Source: Bacteriovoracaceae bacterium (GTDB lineage Bacteria > Bdellovibrionota > Bacteriovoracia > Bacteriovoracales > Bacteriovoracaceae). From it: a stretch of DNA of 64,000 bases. This document shows positions 40,202 to 49,095 of this stretch, piece by piece. Both the position numbers and the translations under genes were made by a program. The notes beneath the pieces are model-generated. The model did not search any database and was not told the DNA's origin. It saw only the letters and a program-made list of their open reading frames with translations. The stretch covers positions 1-64,000 of the forward strand of contig JBLWTJ010000004.1 in assembly GCA_048270185.1 (NCBI GenBank). Direction: 5' to 3'. The number at the start of each line of letters is the position of its first letter. The first letter of the stretch is position 1.

Positions 40202-40309
40202 TTGTCTTGTTATATGAGATTTAAACAGATGAAACTCCCTTTCATCGTTAACGTTAATTAAATTATAAGTGATTTCAGGGAGAAATAAATAAATTTAAGT
40301 ATGAGCAAT

Positions 40310-41821
40310 TTAGTCAATTGCTCCTATTGTTCTTAAGAGAATCTTCACTCGCCCTTCAAAATGGGAGTCCAGAAGACATATGATAATATAGATTGCATAA
40401 ATCATATTTCTTGAATTTCTAAGTCCTCTTATTTTCTGGAAGATAACTTCAATAACTAGAACACTAAAGAATGATAGTAGCCACAGTAGTGAGAAATCTT
40501 GAAATGTGCGTGAACTAAAAAGAATATCAATGATTAACAAACACAAAATTGAAATCGCAACTTTTAGGGATGAATCATGTGAAATATTTAAAAGCTTATT
40601 CTGGTCACTACGTGTTTGTGCTAAGACTTTATAGATAAAAACAGCTACCCCTATTATTGATAGAGCAAAGAAAGACTTGCGTGTTAGGAGCCTAACAACT
40701 TCGGATCCAATTATAGTTACACTTTCAATCATTTCTATCGACACAGTACTAGTTGATAAGAAGAAGAGAGAAACTGATAAGAATAGGCCTAGTAGTGTGT
40801 ATTTAAAGAATTGTCTTTTATACCAAGCTGTCTCTTCTTTTAAGAAAACGAAGTGAATTAAAAGAAGTTGAACTATTAGAAGAATAACATTTGATTTATC
40901 AATTAGAGTTCCCCATGCTCCAAGTAGACCTACAAATAAACCAGAACGATAAGTTGAACTCTTAGTAGACCAAAGTGTTGACCATACCCATACGACAGAA
41001 AAAGTCGTTAAAAGAGTAAATCCAAAATTATTGGCCAATATTTTTGAAAATGACCAAGAAGATATTAGAGCAAAGACTCCTAGTAGTGATAGACGTCTTG
41101 AAACAAAATTTCTTAGAAGTGCATAGAATGTTAATAGAAATAATGACATCGTTACAAAGTAGAAGTGAATCGACCAAGATAGATTTAAAAGCTTTGGATA
41201 CTTACTAAAAGGAATATAGTTGATCGATATAAAGTTCCAGAAGGCACCAGAGACTCTCTCACTAGGATCAAAGAATAAACGAAGAGAACTTGTCGAAAAT
41301 AGATTAGGAAGCTGAGGAAGGGATGTGAAGAACATCACGATCGTTAGAAATAAGACAGTCTTTTCGAATTTATCCAGATAGCGATATTCATGAAAATTTG
41401 TCGATACAGATTCTTTAATAATCTTCCCTCTTGTCGGCCAAGAATAGAAAAGTCCCATTATAATCCATGTCACCCAAAATATATTATAGCCCCACTTATG
41501 CGGTAGAAGACTTATCACATTAAAGTAAATGGCCATAAAGAACATCCCCATAAAGAGACGGTAAACAACACGGTCAATGGAAGAGTTCACTTTAAAGTAG
41601 ATCTTTAAGCGGTGATCAATCTCCTTTCCTAAAAGAAACCATTGAGAAACAATAAACATTGAGAAGAATATCATCGCTATGATTTGCCACATTGGCGCGA
41701 GACTCACCTCTTTTTGTAAATAAATTGGTAATAATAAGAAAGTAAAGTATGTAACTAGTCGAAATAACAAGAATTTCGTCTTCTCAATGTAAATATCCGA
41801 CTTTTTTTCTAAAGTTTTCAC
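40310..41821 (-). CDS. polytopic membrane protein of unknown function
   Basis: 503 aa with more than 10 hydrophobic segments. Confidence 0.75.
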   Translation of the reverse strand: MKTLEKKSDIYIEKTKFLLFRLVTYFTFLLLPIYLQKEVSLAPMWQIIAMIFFSMFIVSQWFLLGKEIDHRLKIYFKVNSSIDRVVYRLFMGMFFMAIYFNVISLLPHKWGYNIFWVTWIIMGLFYSWPTRGKIIKESVSTNFHEYRYLDKFEKTVLFLTIVMFFTSLPQLPNLFSTSSLRLFFDPSERVSGAFWNFISINYIPFSKYPKLLNLSWSIHFYFVTMSLFLLTFYALLRNFVSRRLSLLGVFALISSWSFSKILANNFGFTLLTTFSVVWVWSTLWSTKSSTYRSGLFVGLLGAWGTLIDKSNVILLIVQLLLIHFVFLKEETAWYKRQFFKYTLLGLFLSVSLFFLSTSTVSIEMIESVTIIGSEVVRLLTRKSFFALSIIGVAVFIYKVLAQTRSDQNKLLNISHDSSLKVAISILCLLIIDILFSSRTFQDFSLLWLLSFFSVLVIEVIFQKIRGLRNSRNMIYAIYIIICLLDSHFEGRVKILLRTIGAID

Positions 41822-41836
41822 AATAATACCCGATAA
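41810..41836 (+). promoter_or_regulatory. sigma28 (FliA) promoter upstream of fliD
   Basis: TAAAGTTT-N11-CCCGATAA, one mismatch to the canonical TAAAGTTT-N11-GCCGATAA. Confidence 0.8.
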
Positions 41837-41880
41837 ATTTAGTACAAAATCCCAATCCCAAAATTACTTTCTCGAAAAGT

Positions 41881-41911
41881 TACCCGTCTGCAAAGGCGGG
41901 TATTTTATTTT
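41881..41911 (+). terminator. terminator-like hairpin inside the fliD leader
   Basis: TACCCGTCT-GCAA-AGGCGGGTA followed by TTTTATTTT. Confidence 0.6.
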
Positions 41912-42075
41912 CAGGGATTTACCTATTATAGCCTTTCTAATCTCATATGACGAAGACACTCCTAGTAGAAAAATCTTCCTCTGATGATGCGACGGAAAAA
42001 AAACCTCAAGTATGATAAAATCAGAGATGGAGACGAATGTGAAGAGGAATTTCACATGAAGAATCAGGAGGATTA

Positions 42076-43443
42076 TTGTCTATTTCGATGGGCTCCATTA
42101 ATACAGGACTTCCAAAGGATATTGTTCAGCAAATCATGAAAGCAGAACGTATTCCTATCCAGAATATGGAAACTCGTAAGGGTAAGATTCAGGATAAGAA
42201 GAGCCTCGTCCAAGAGCTAACATCCCTAGTAGAAGGGATGCGAGGGACATTGCTACAAAATGGTAGTGCAAGGTCTCTACGTGAGCTCAGCGTCGTTGGA
42301 AACGATGATATCGTCGAAATTAGTGCCGATAAGAACGTCGCAGAACCAGCAACATATCAATTCGAAGTGAAGCAGTTGGCACAGAAATCATCTGCCATGA
42401 CTTCAGGGTTTGAAGATCCTGAAGAAAGTTATATTGGTGTTGGCTTTATTCAGTACTCGCTTCCTGATGGAGAGAAGAAAGAAATCTACGTTGATAGTGA
42501 TAATGCATCACTTAAGTCAGTAGCGAAGCTAATTAATAAGAATGAAGATTCAGGTCTTAGAGCTAGTGTAATTAATGATGGCTCTGGATCAGAAACTCCT
42601 TGGAGACTAATTCTCTCACTTAAAGAGACTGGTGATATTAATAGGGCCGAGTTCCCGCACTTCTACTTTGTGGATGGAGAACAAGATCTCTTTGTTGAAT
42701 TTGAAAGAGAAGCACAAGATGCAGTTGTAGCTCTTGATGGATTTGAAATTGAACTTCCAGAAAACAAAGCGGCAGAACTTATACCAGGAGTTACAATAAA
42801 CCTTAAGAAGGCTAAACCTGGAGAAGAGTTTACAATCAAAATAGGTGAAGATGCTGGTAAAGTTGGTGAAAAGATCAATACTCTTGTAGATCAAATAAAT
42901 GGTGTTCTTACATTTATTAAACAACAAAATACATTAGATGAAAGTTCTGACACTTCTAGAACACTTGGTGGAGATATTCTGCTTCAATCAATTGAGTCTC
43001 GTGTAAGAAATGCCATCTTTAAAGATATTCCATTAGAAGATGGTGTTGCAAGAATTGGAGACCTCGGGATTCAGTTTACGCGTGAAGGTCTACTTGAATT
43101 TGATCAAAAGAAATTTAAGTCCGAGCTTGAAAAAGATTACGATAAGGTTTCAGAAATACTAACTGGGCGCTATCTAGAAGGAACGAAAACAAACGGTTTC
43201 ATCGATAACCTGAAAGATACCGTCGCACAACTACTACAGTTTCCAAATGGACTACTCTCTTCAAGAAAGCGTTCATTAGAAAATAATATCGACACAATTG
43301 ATCGTCGAATTGCTCAACGAGAAAACATGTTGCAGCAAAAAGAAAAGAATTTGAAAGATAAATTTGCAAGATTAGAAGGAACAATGTCGAGGATACGCTC
43401 GCAAGGTGCAGGAATTTCTGGCCTTGGAGCACCTGGGGCTTAA
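42076..43443 (+). CDS. fliD: flagellar filament cap protein
   Basis: INTGLPKDIVQQIMKAERIP, VKQLAQKS, AQDAVVALDG, IPGVTINL, KFARLE; TTG start with AGGAGG SD. Confidence 0.95.
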   Translation: MSISMGSINTGLPKDIVQQIMKAERIPIQNMETRKGKIQDKKSLVQELTSLVEGMRGTLLQNGSARSLRELSVVGNDDIVEISADKNVAEPATYQFEVKQLAQKSSAMTSGFEDPEESYIGVGFIQYSLPDGEKKEIYVDSDNASLKSVAKLINKNEDSGLRASVINDGSGSETPWRLILSLKETGDINRAEFPHFYFVDGEQDLFVEFEREAQDAVVALDGFEIELPENKAAELIPGVTINLKKAKPGEEFTIKIGEDAGKVGEKINTLVDQINGVLTFIKQQNTLDESSDTSRTLGGDILLQSIESRVRNAIFKDIPLEDGVARIGDLGIQFTREGLLEFDQKKFKSELEKDYDKVSEILTGRYLEGTKTNGFIDNLKDTVAQLLQFPNGLLSSRKRSLENNIDTIDRRIAQRENMLQQKEKNLKDKFARLEGTMSRIRSQGAGISGLGAPGA

Positions 43444-43462
43444 GGATAGTAAGGAGTAATAA

Positions 43463-43852
43463 ATGAGTTATGGTTTAGGTGCTTATAAGCAAACATCTGT
43501 GAAAACGGCCAGTAAAGAGCAAATTCTTTTGATGCTCTATCAAGCGGCAATTAAAAACTGTAAAAAGGCTATTGAAGCAATCGAAAGAAAAGATCTGGCA
43601 GAGAAAGGTCAGTTCATTGGTAAGCTACAAGATATTGTTATCGAACTAAATAGTAGTCTCGATTTTGAAGTCGGTGGTGACGTTGCAAAAGAGTTATCAT
43701 CTCTATACGATTTCATGCTTCATTCAAGTACACAGGCAAATATTAAGATCGATAAAGAACCACTTGTTGGTGTTCTTGATGTTTTAACGACTCTATATGA
43801 AGGTTGGCAACAAGCAGTTAAGCAATTAAGACAAGAAGCTAAGGCTAAGTAA
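43463..43852 (+). CDS. fliS: flagellin chaperone FliS
   Basis: AYKQTSVKTASKEQILLMLY, ELNSSLDFEVGGDVAKELSSLYDFM, LYEGW. Confidence 0.97.
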   Translation: MSYGLGAYKQTSVKTASKEQILLMLYQAAIKNCKKAIEAIERKDLAEKGQFIGKLQDIVIELNSSLDFEVGGDVAKELSSLYDFMLHSSTQANIKIDKEPLVGVLDVLTTLYEGWQQAVKQLRQEAKAK

Positions 43853-44250
43853 TGATTATTGAAAAAATAATGAGACACCTTGATCTGTTGGGTTTATTAA
43901 TAAATTCAACACAGGCCATGATTTCTTCATGTGAAAATGGGAAATTTGATATTGTTGATAATATCGCAGACAATCGTGAACGCCTGATCAATATAATCAA
44001 GCTTCTTCAGGATGATATTGAAAGTCAGCTGCAAAGTACAAAACAACACTTTAATAGTGATGAGATGGATATTTTCAAAGCGTGGATAGAGGATGTTACT
44101 AACCTAGTTGCTGAAAACCAAAAACTTGACGATGAGTGTCTTGAGTTACTGGACAGAGCAAAGAACTCAACTACTGAAGAAATTGCTACAGTGTTCAAGA
44201 AGAAGAAACAATTTCAAGGCTACAACCTTAACAATGTAAAGACTAGGTAA
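43852..44250 (+). CDS. FliT/FlgN-like flagellar chaperone
   Basis: 132-aa helical protein coupled to fliS (TAATG overlap), C-terminal GY motif. Confidence 0.55.
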   Translation: MIIEKIMRHLDLLGLLINSTQAMISSCENGKFDIVDNIADNRERLINIIKLLQDDIESQLQSTKQHFNSDEMDIFKAWIEDVTNLVAENQKLDDECLELLDRAKNSTTEEIATVFKKKKQFQGYNLNNVKTR

Positions 44251-44262
44251 TAGTCGACCTGT

Positions 44263-44292
44263 TTGCCCCCTTAATCAAAAATATAGTATAAT
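44263..44292 (+). promoter_or_regulatory. candidate sigma70 promoter
   Basis: TTGCCC-N18-TATAAT. Confidence 0.5.
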
Positions 44293-44356
44293 GTGGAGGA
44301 GTTCTAGGAAAGAACTCCTTTATCATTAAAGACCATAGCCTTAGGAAGAGGAAAGC

Positions 44357-45055
44357 ATGGAATTATCAAAAGAATTTACACAATCACTTGCGCCTAAATC
44401 TCTATCATTTTTAGAGATTCACTCATACGAAATAAAGCAATCGAGAAGTAATCTAAAAGTACCTGTTGTAAATGGAGTACACCTACACTCGAATTACCAT
44501 CCAGTAAAAGAAGCGAAAAAGATTGTTGCTAATATCGAGCATGACTTAAAAGAGAATAAAAATCTTTTAATCCTTGGACTAGGCTTTGCATACCACGTTT
44601 ACGAAGCTTGCAAAATTTTAGAAAGACATCATGGTCAAGACTATAAAGTCATCGTCATTGAACCAAATGAACAAACATATACAGAATGTATTAAAAATAA
44701 TTTATTTCCAAACAAGAATATTGAAGTATATGCCACAGATAATGTAGCTGATATTTACTGCGAAAAGAATGTTGTAAAATTTTTAACGGCAAAACCAACG
44801 ATACTTACTCACGCCCCTTCATTCTCATTATACAACGATTACTATAAAGCATTCCTGGACTACGAAGCGTGTGACCAAATCGATGATTATATTCAATTAA
44901 TCAAGTCATCAGAACTTAAGTCTATTCTTTATAGTGCAGATACAAAAATGAATATTGACTCATATATCGAAAAGAATATTTATCAAGTACCACAACTTAA
45001 AAATAGAAATGACTTCTTACTACTCGCTTATGAAGCAATCATTAAGCAAGGCTAG
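44357..45055 (+). CDS. stand-alone N-terminal domain of motility-associated factor (Maf)-like protein
   Basis: NGVHLHSNYHPVKEA, LILGLGFAYHV, IVIEP; ends at 232 aa before any catalytic domain. Confidence 0.65.
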   Translation: MELSKEFTQSLAPKSLSFLEIHSYEIKQSRSNLKVPVVNGVHLHSNYHPVKEAKKIVANIEHDLKENKNLLILGLGFAYHVYEACKILERHHGQDYKVIVIEPNEQTYTECIKNNLFPNKNIEVYATDNVADIYCEKNVVKFLTAKPTILTHAPSFSLYNDYYKAFLDYEACDQIDDYIQLIKSSELKSILYSADTKMNIDSYIEKNIYQVPQLKNRNDFLLLAYEAIIKQG

Positions 45056-45069
45056 AATCAGAGGATAAA

Positions 45070-46716
45070 ATGAAAGACATACTGATTATAAATTTCAAGA
45101 GACACGGTGATATTTTTCAAATGGGAAGACTTATTTCTTCTCTAAAAAATAAACATCCAGATTCAAATATATGTATTCTAGTAAATAAAGAATTTGAATC
45201 ATCGGCTAAGACACTCGGTGGTGTTAAACATATTTATACTCTTGATAGAAAGAGAATTGTTAACTACAAAAAGAATAAAATATACTCAGATGGATTTTCG
45301 CTGGATCAATTCGGAAAAACGATTAAAGAAATTAACAAGAGCTGGAACTTAGTTATTAATTACTCGAATGATCGCATATCAACTAGCCTAGTATCATATC
45401 TAAACAAAGAATTTAAAGGCATCAGATTTGATACCTCTTGTAACATTCAATATTCAAACGAATGGGCCGTAGTTTTCAATGATATTTTAACTCATCAAAA
45501 ATACTCACCAATTAACTTTAATGACTGTTATCATAAGATGACAGCTACAGAAGAGAACAATTCGTTTAATTCACTAAATGTATCAAATGAATATAATAAA
45601 GTTTGCCATCAGAACTTTTTAAAACTTAGAAAGTCTGCCGATAAGAATGATCCTAAGCTTATCGCAATTCAACTTAGTGCCTCCAACATTAACAAAATGA
45701 TTGAGAGACAAGAATTAATTGAACTAATTGAAACACTAAATAATCGCATTGATATCGTTCCAATTCTTATTATTGCACCAACAACAGAAGAAAGAAGTTA
45801 TGCAAATAAGATCAACACACAATTATCTAAAAAGGCGGTAACAATTGAAGCACAATTTGGAGCACTACCATCAGTACTTATAAACTGTGATTTACTTATT
45901 ACTCCAGATACTGCGATTAAACATATGGCAGACATTCTAGATGTCCCAACTATCGAACTTTCAATGGGTCCTTCTCCATTTTTAAAGCAAGGTACAGTAA
46001 ACACTGAAAGTCTTATTATTACTCCAAACATTAAAGAACGAGATTTTAAATACGGGCCAGCAGCTTGTACTGAATCTCAAGTTAGAAATAATGAAATCAT
46101 TAAAGCGAATGACATTATCTTTGCATTAGAAAAGTATTATCTTAACAACACTGAAATCGAGCTTCAAAATAAAGAAATATCTCTCTATCAAGTCAAACAA
46201 GATTCATTAGGATGCTTCTATAAAAACATTGAAGGTCGAATTGATTATGAAATTGAGATAGAACGTTATCTTTCACGTGATTTCTTAAGTCGTAAAATTG
46301 AGAGAAAACCTATTTCTTCACATGGAATTATAGAGAGTGACTTGAATTTCTCATCTCGATGGTTAGACAAGGCCCAGAGTGAACTCATAAACTCGTCAAG
46401 GTATGTTCTAGCAGCGATTAAAGCAACACTAAGTAAGGACAGTGTCACACTAGATACAAAGCTAAAAGAGATTAATCAATATTTTAAAGGGACATCAGAT
46501 TACTGTATTCTGCCATTTCTATTCTACCGAGCAAAGATTAGTAATTTGAATACGAGTTCAATGCAAGAAATTGAAGCTATTCTAATGTCTTTAAAAAATG
46601 ACTTACAAATTCAATTTGAACAAATAAAAGAAGTTTCTTCTCTTATTCGAGAAAGTCGCAGCAGATTCCGTACTGAATCTGCAAAGGAATTAATCAATGA
46701 ATCAAGAACCGAATAA
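45070..46716 (+). CDS. GT9 (heptosyltransferase-like) glycosyltransferase with C-terminal helical extension
   Basis: ILIINFKRHGDIFQ, IQLSASNINK, LLITPDTAIKHMADILDVPTIELSMGP. Confidence 0.85.
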   Translation: MKDILIINFKRHGDIFQMGRLISSLKNKHPDSNICILVNKEFESSAKTLGGVKHIYTLDRKRIVNYKKNKIYSDGFSLDQFGKTIKEINKSWNLVINYSNDRISTSLVSYLNKEFKGIRFDTSCNIQYSNEWAVVFNDILTHQKYSPINFNDCYHKMTATEENNSFNSLNVSNEYNKVCHQNFLKLRKSADKNDPKLIAIQLSASNINKMIERQELIELIETLNNRIDIVPILIIAPTTEERSYANKINTQLSKKAVTIEAQFGALPSVLINCDLLITPDTAIKHMADILDVPTIELSMGPSPFLKQGTVNTESLIITPNIKERDFKYGPAACTESQVRNNEIIKANDIIFALEKYYLNNTEIELQNKEISLYQVKQDSLGCFYKNIEGRIDYEIEIERYLSRDFLSRKIERKPISSHGIIESDLNFSSRWLDKAQSELINSSRYVLAAIKATLSKDSVTLDTKLKEINQYFKGTSDYCILPFLFYRAKISNLNTSSMQEIEAILMSLKNDLQIQFEQIKEVSSLIRESRSRFRTESAKELINESRTE

Positions 46717-46837
46717 CTTTAAAGCAGATTTCTTTAAGGAACTAGAAAGAATTCAGCAGAAACAGGTAAAGCGTGAAACATTAAGCGATGAAGATATGTC
46801 ATTTCTCTATCTTTGTTCTGTCTTAGAAGAAGAATAA
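46697..46837 (+). CDS. 46-aa small protein, absent from the ORF track
   Basis: ATG at 46697 with AAGGA upstream; MNQEPNNFKADFFKELERIQQKQVKRETLSDEDMSFLYLCSVLEEE; fills the gap between the two GT9 genes. Confidence 0.6.
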   Translation: MNQEPNNFKADFFKELERIQQKQVKRETLSDEDMSFLYLCSVLEEE

Positions 46838-46846
46838 GGAATCGAT

Positions 46847-48484
46847 ATGAATGCAGTAAGAAAAGAAGAAGCAAGACAGAAGACAATTGCGATTATCCAA
46901 ACGACTCGTATTGGTGATATTCTACAAACGACTCATGCAGTAAAACTTCTAAAAGTTAATCACCCAGAGTTTCGTGTTATTCTTATCGCTCGTAAGAAAT
47001 TCAGTGAACCAATCAAATTCCTACTAGAAACAACATTTGATAAGATTGTACAAATTGAACATAAGAGTGCATTTAATAGTGTTGAGACAACAAGAGATGT
47101 CGTAGCAAATCTAAATAAACAGATGAAAGAGATTAACGAAGAAGAAATTGATGTTTCAATTAACCTAGCTTTCTCAAAATCATCAACTTATCTACATTCG
47201 CTTATCCACTCATCAAATAAAGTTGGTCCATACTTCAATGATATGCACGAGAGAGTAATCGGCGACAAATGGTCACAATACCTTTATTCAACTGTAATGA
47301 GAGGAGATCTAAATCCTTACAACCTAGTTGATTTATTTAGTGCAATTATCGGTGTAAAAAAGAAGCTTACACACCTAAGCAATAAAGAGTTCTCTCACGA
47401 TGAGAAAACAAAGCTACTCATCCATCCTTTTGCATCAAAAGATAATAAGATGTGGAAGACAAATCGATGGCTTGAAGTAATTTATCAGACATTGAAAAAA
47501 TCACCAGATTTAAAATTATATATCTGTGGAACAAATACCGAGAAGGATAAGATTGATGAATTACTTAGTTCATCACTCCTAGCACCATATCAGTCACGAA
47601 TCGAAGCCTGGATCAATTTAGATCTAAAAGAATTGTATAATCGTGTAGATGAAAACTTCTTATTTGTCGGACATGATTCAATGGTCGGGAATCTGTTAAG
47701 TTTTAAGAACATAAAATCATTAACAATATCATTAGGACCAGTTAGACCACACGAAACAACTCCTTACGGACTTGATAAGTTTAACCTAGCACCAAGAAAC
47801 GCAAATGATCATAATGATGTTCCATACAATGTTGCACATCAATGTATCATTCAACTTCTCAAGAAGAATCAAATCAAAACTGAAGAACTACATAATGCAT
47901 GTTCATCTCTATCAATCAATCAAGTGAAATTATACCGTTCGGATATGCTTGATAATGGAGATGTAACAATAAAGGAAATCCTCCACAAGGAACAAGATGC
48001 AAAAGAAATTATGCGAAATTTCTATCACATTGCGTGGTCTAGTATTTTTAATGAAGTTAATCTTAGTATGGATATCCCTCATCTTAGTAGCGAAGCTAAG
48101 ACTCAATTAAAGTCACAGGCCAAAGGAATTGAAACACTTTATGAATTATCTGAGTTTGGAAAGAAATATAGTCGCTATATAATCGAAGAAGTTAGTAAGA
48201 ATACTCCAAGCTTAGAAGAAATTAAAAAATATTCGGCTAAATTAAATGAGATTGATAACTTAAGTGACTTCATTGTTACAACTTCGCCATTATTGGCCCC
48301 GGTTGTAGATTATGGGAAGGTTGCTAAAAATAACTTATCGGGAAAGAATATCGTAAAATTATCTGAATCAGCATTTTATACATATAATGAGGTCTCTCTT
48401 ATGTGTAGCGTGCTCTATGAATTCTTCGATAAATGCTCACTAATAACAAAAACTGAAACAGCAGCAGTAAGGGAAAATGTATGA
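46847..48484 (+). CDS. GT9 (heptosyltransferase-like) glycosyltransferase with C-terminal helical extension
   Basis: IIQTTRIGDILQ, LNPYNLVDLF, IHPFASKDNKMW, FVGHDSMVGNL, ISLGPVRPHETTPYG. Confidence 0.85.
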   Translation: MNAVRKEEARQKTIAIIQTTRIGDILQTTHAVKLLKVNHPEFRVILIARKKFSEPIKFLLETTFDKIVQIEHKSAFNSVETTRDVVANLNKQMKEINEEEIDVSINLAFSKSSTYLHSLIHSSNKVGPYFNDMHERVIGDKWSQYLYSTVMRGDLNPYNLVDLFSAIIGVKKKLTHLSNKEFSHDEKTKLLIHPFASKDNKMWKTNRWLEVIYQTLKKSPDLKLYICGTNTEKDKIDELLSSSLLAPYQSRIEAWINLDLKELYNRVDENFLFVGHDSMVGNLLSFKNIKSLTISLGPVRPHETTPYGLDKFNLAPRNANDHNDVPYNVAHQCIIQLLKKNQIKTEELHNACSSLSINQVKLYRSDMLDNGDVTIKEILHKEQDAKEIMRNFYHIAWSSIFNEVNLSMDIPHLSSEAKTQLKSQAKGIETLYELSEFGKKYSRYIIEEVSKNTPSLEEIKKYSAKLNEIDNLSDFIVTTSPLLAPVVDYGKVAKNNLSGKNIVKLSESAFYTYNEVSLMCSVLYEFFDKCSLITKTETAAVRENV

Positions 48485-49095
48485 TTAAGCTAGAACTAGG
48501 AAGTGAAAGTTTTTCAATTGACGGTGAGGCGATATCATTGCGCCAAGCAATTAATGTAATTGAAAATGATGGATTATCACAAAATGAATCAATTACAGGT
48601 GTCATTATCGACAATAAAAGTTTCTCTATTGAAGAAGCTCAAGAGCTACTGGACTACTCAATAGCAGAACTTGGCTACCCTACTTTACAAATTAAAAATT
48701 CATATGAATTAGCTTTTGATGCACTTAATGACTGTAATAGTTATATTGACCAACTTATAGATAAAGTACTTGTGACAACAAATGAGTTCAATACAGGTAA
48801 TATTGATGAGGCAAACCTATTATTTGCAGATCTTATCGAATTACTTGATCTCTATGTTCACCTCATCACAAGAATTCATGCCACAGCGAGAAAAGCAAAT
48901 AAAGATTTCTTTGCCAATAATGAGTTAATTAAAAACTTAGAAATCCATCTATTTTCAATTATTAAGGCATTTGTACCGGCCCGTGAAAACAACGATATCG
49001 TTATGCTTTCGGACTTGCTAGAGTATGAACTAATAGATAATCTTAAAGAGTGGAAAAACAAAGCAATACCACTCATTCAAGATTCTCGTATTTAG
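48481..49095 (+). CDS. helical hypothetical protein of a type seen in flagellin-modification loci
   Basis: C-terminal ARENNDIVMLSDLLEYEL motif; ATGA overlap with GT9 gene. Confidence 0.6.
   Translation: MIKLELGSESFSIDGEAISLRQAINVIENDGLSQNESITGVIIDNKSFSIEEAQELLDYSIAELGYPTLQIKNSYELAFDALNDCNSYIDQLIDKVLVTTNEFNTGNIDEANLLFADLIELLDLYVHLITRIHATARKANKDFFANNELIKNLEIHLFSIIKAFVPARENNDIVMLSDLLEYELIDNLKEWKNKAIPLIQDSRI

Noticed and set aside
41947..42015. 22-codon uORF in the fliD leader (also the 41864-42055 minus ORF)
   Set aside because: No SD, no recognisable features, too short to be FlaG.
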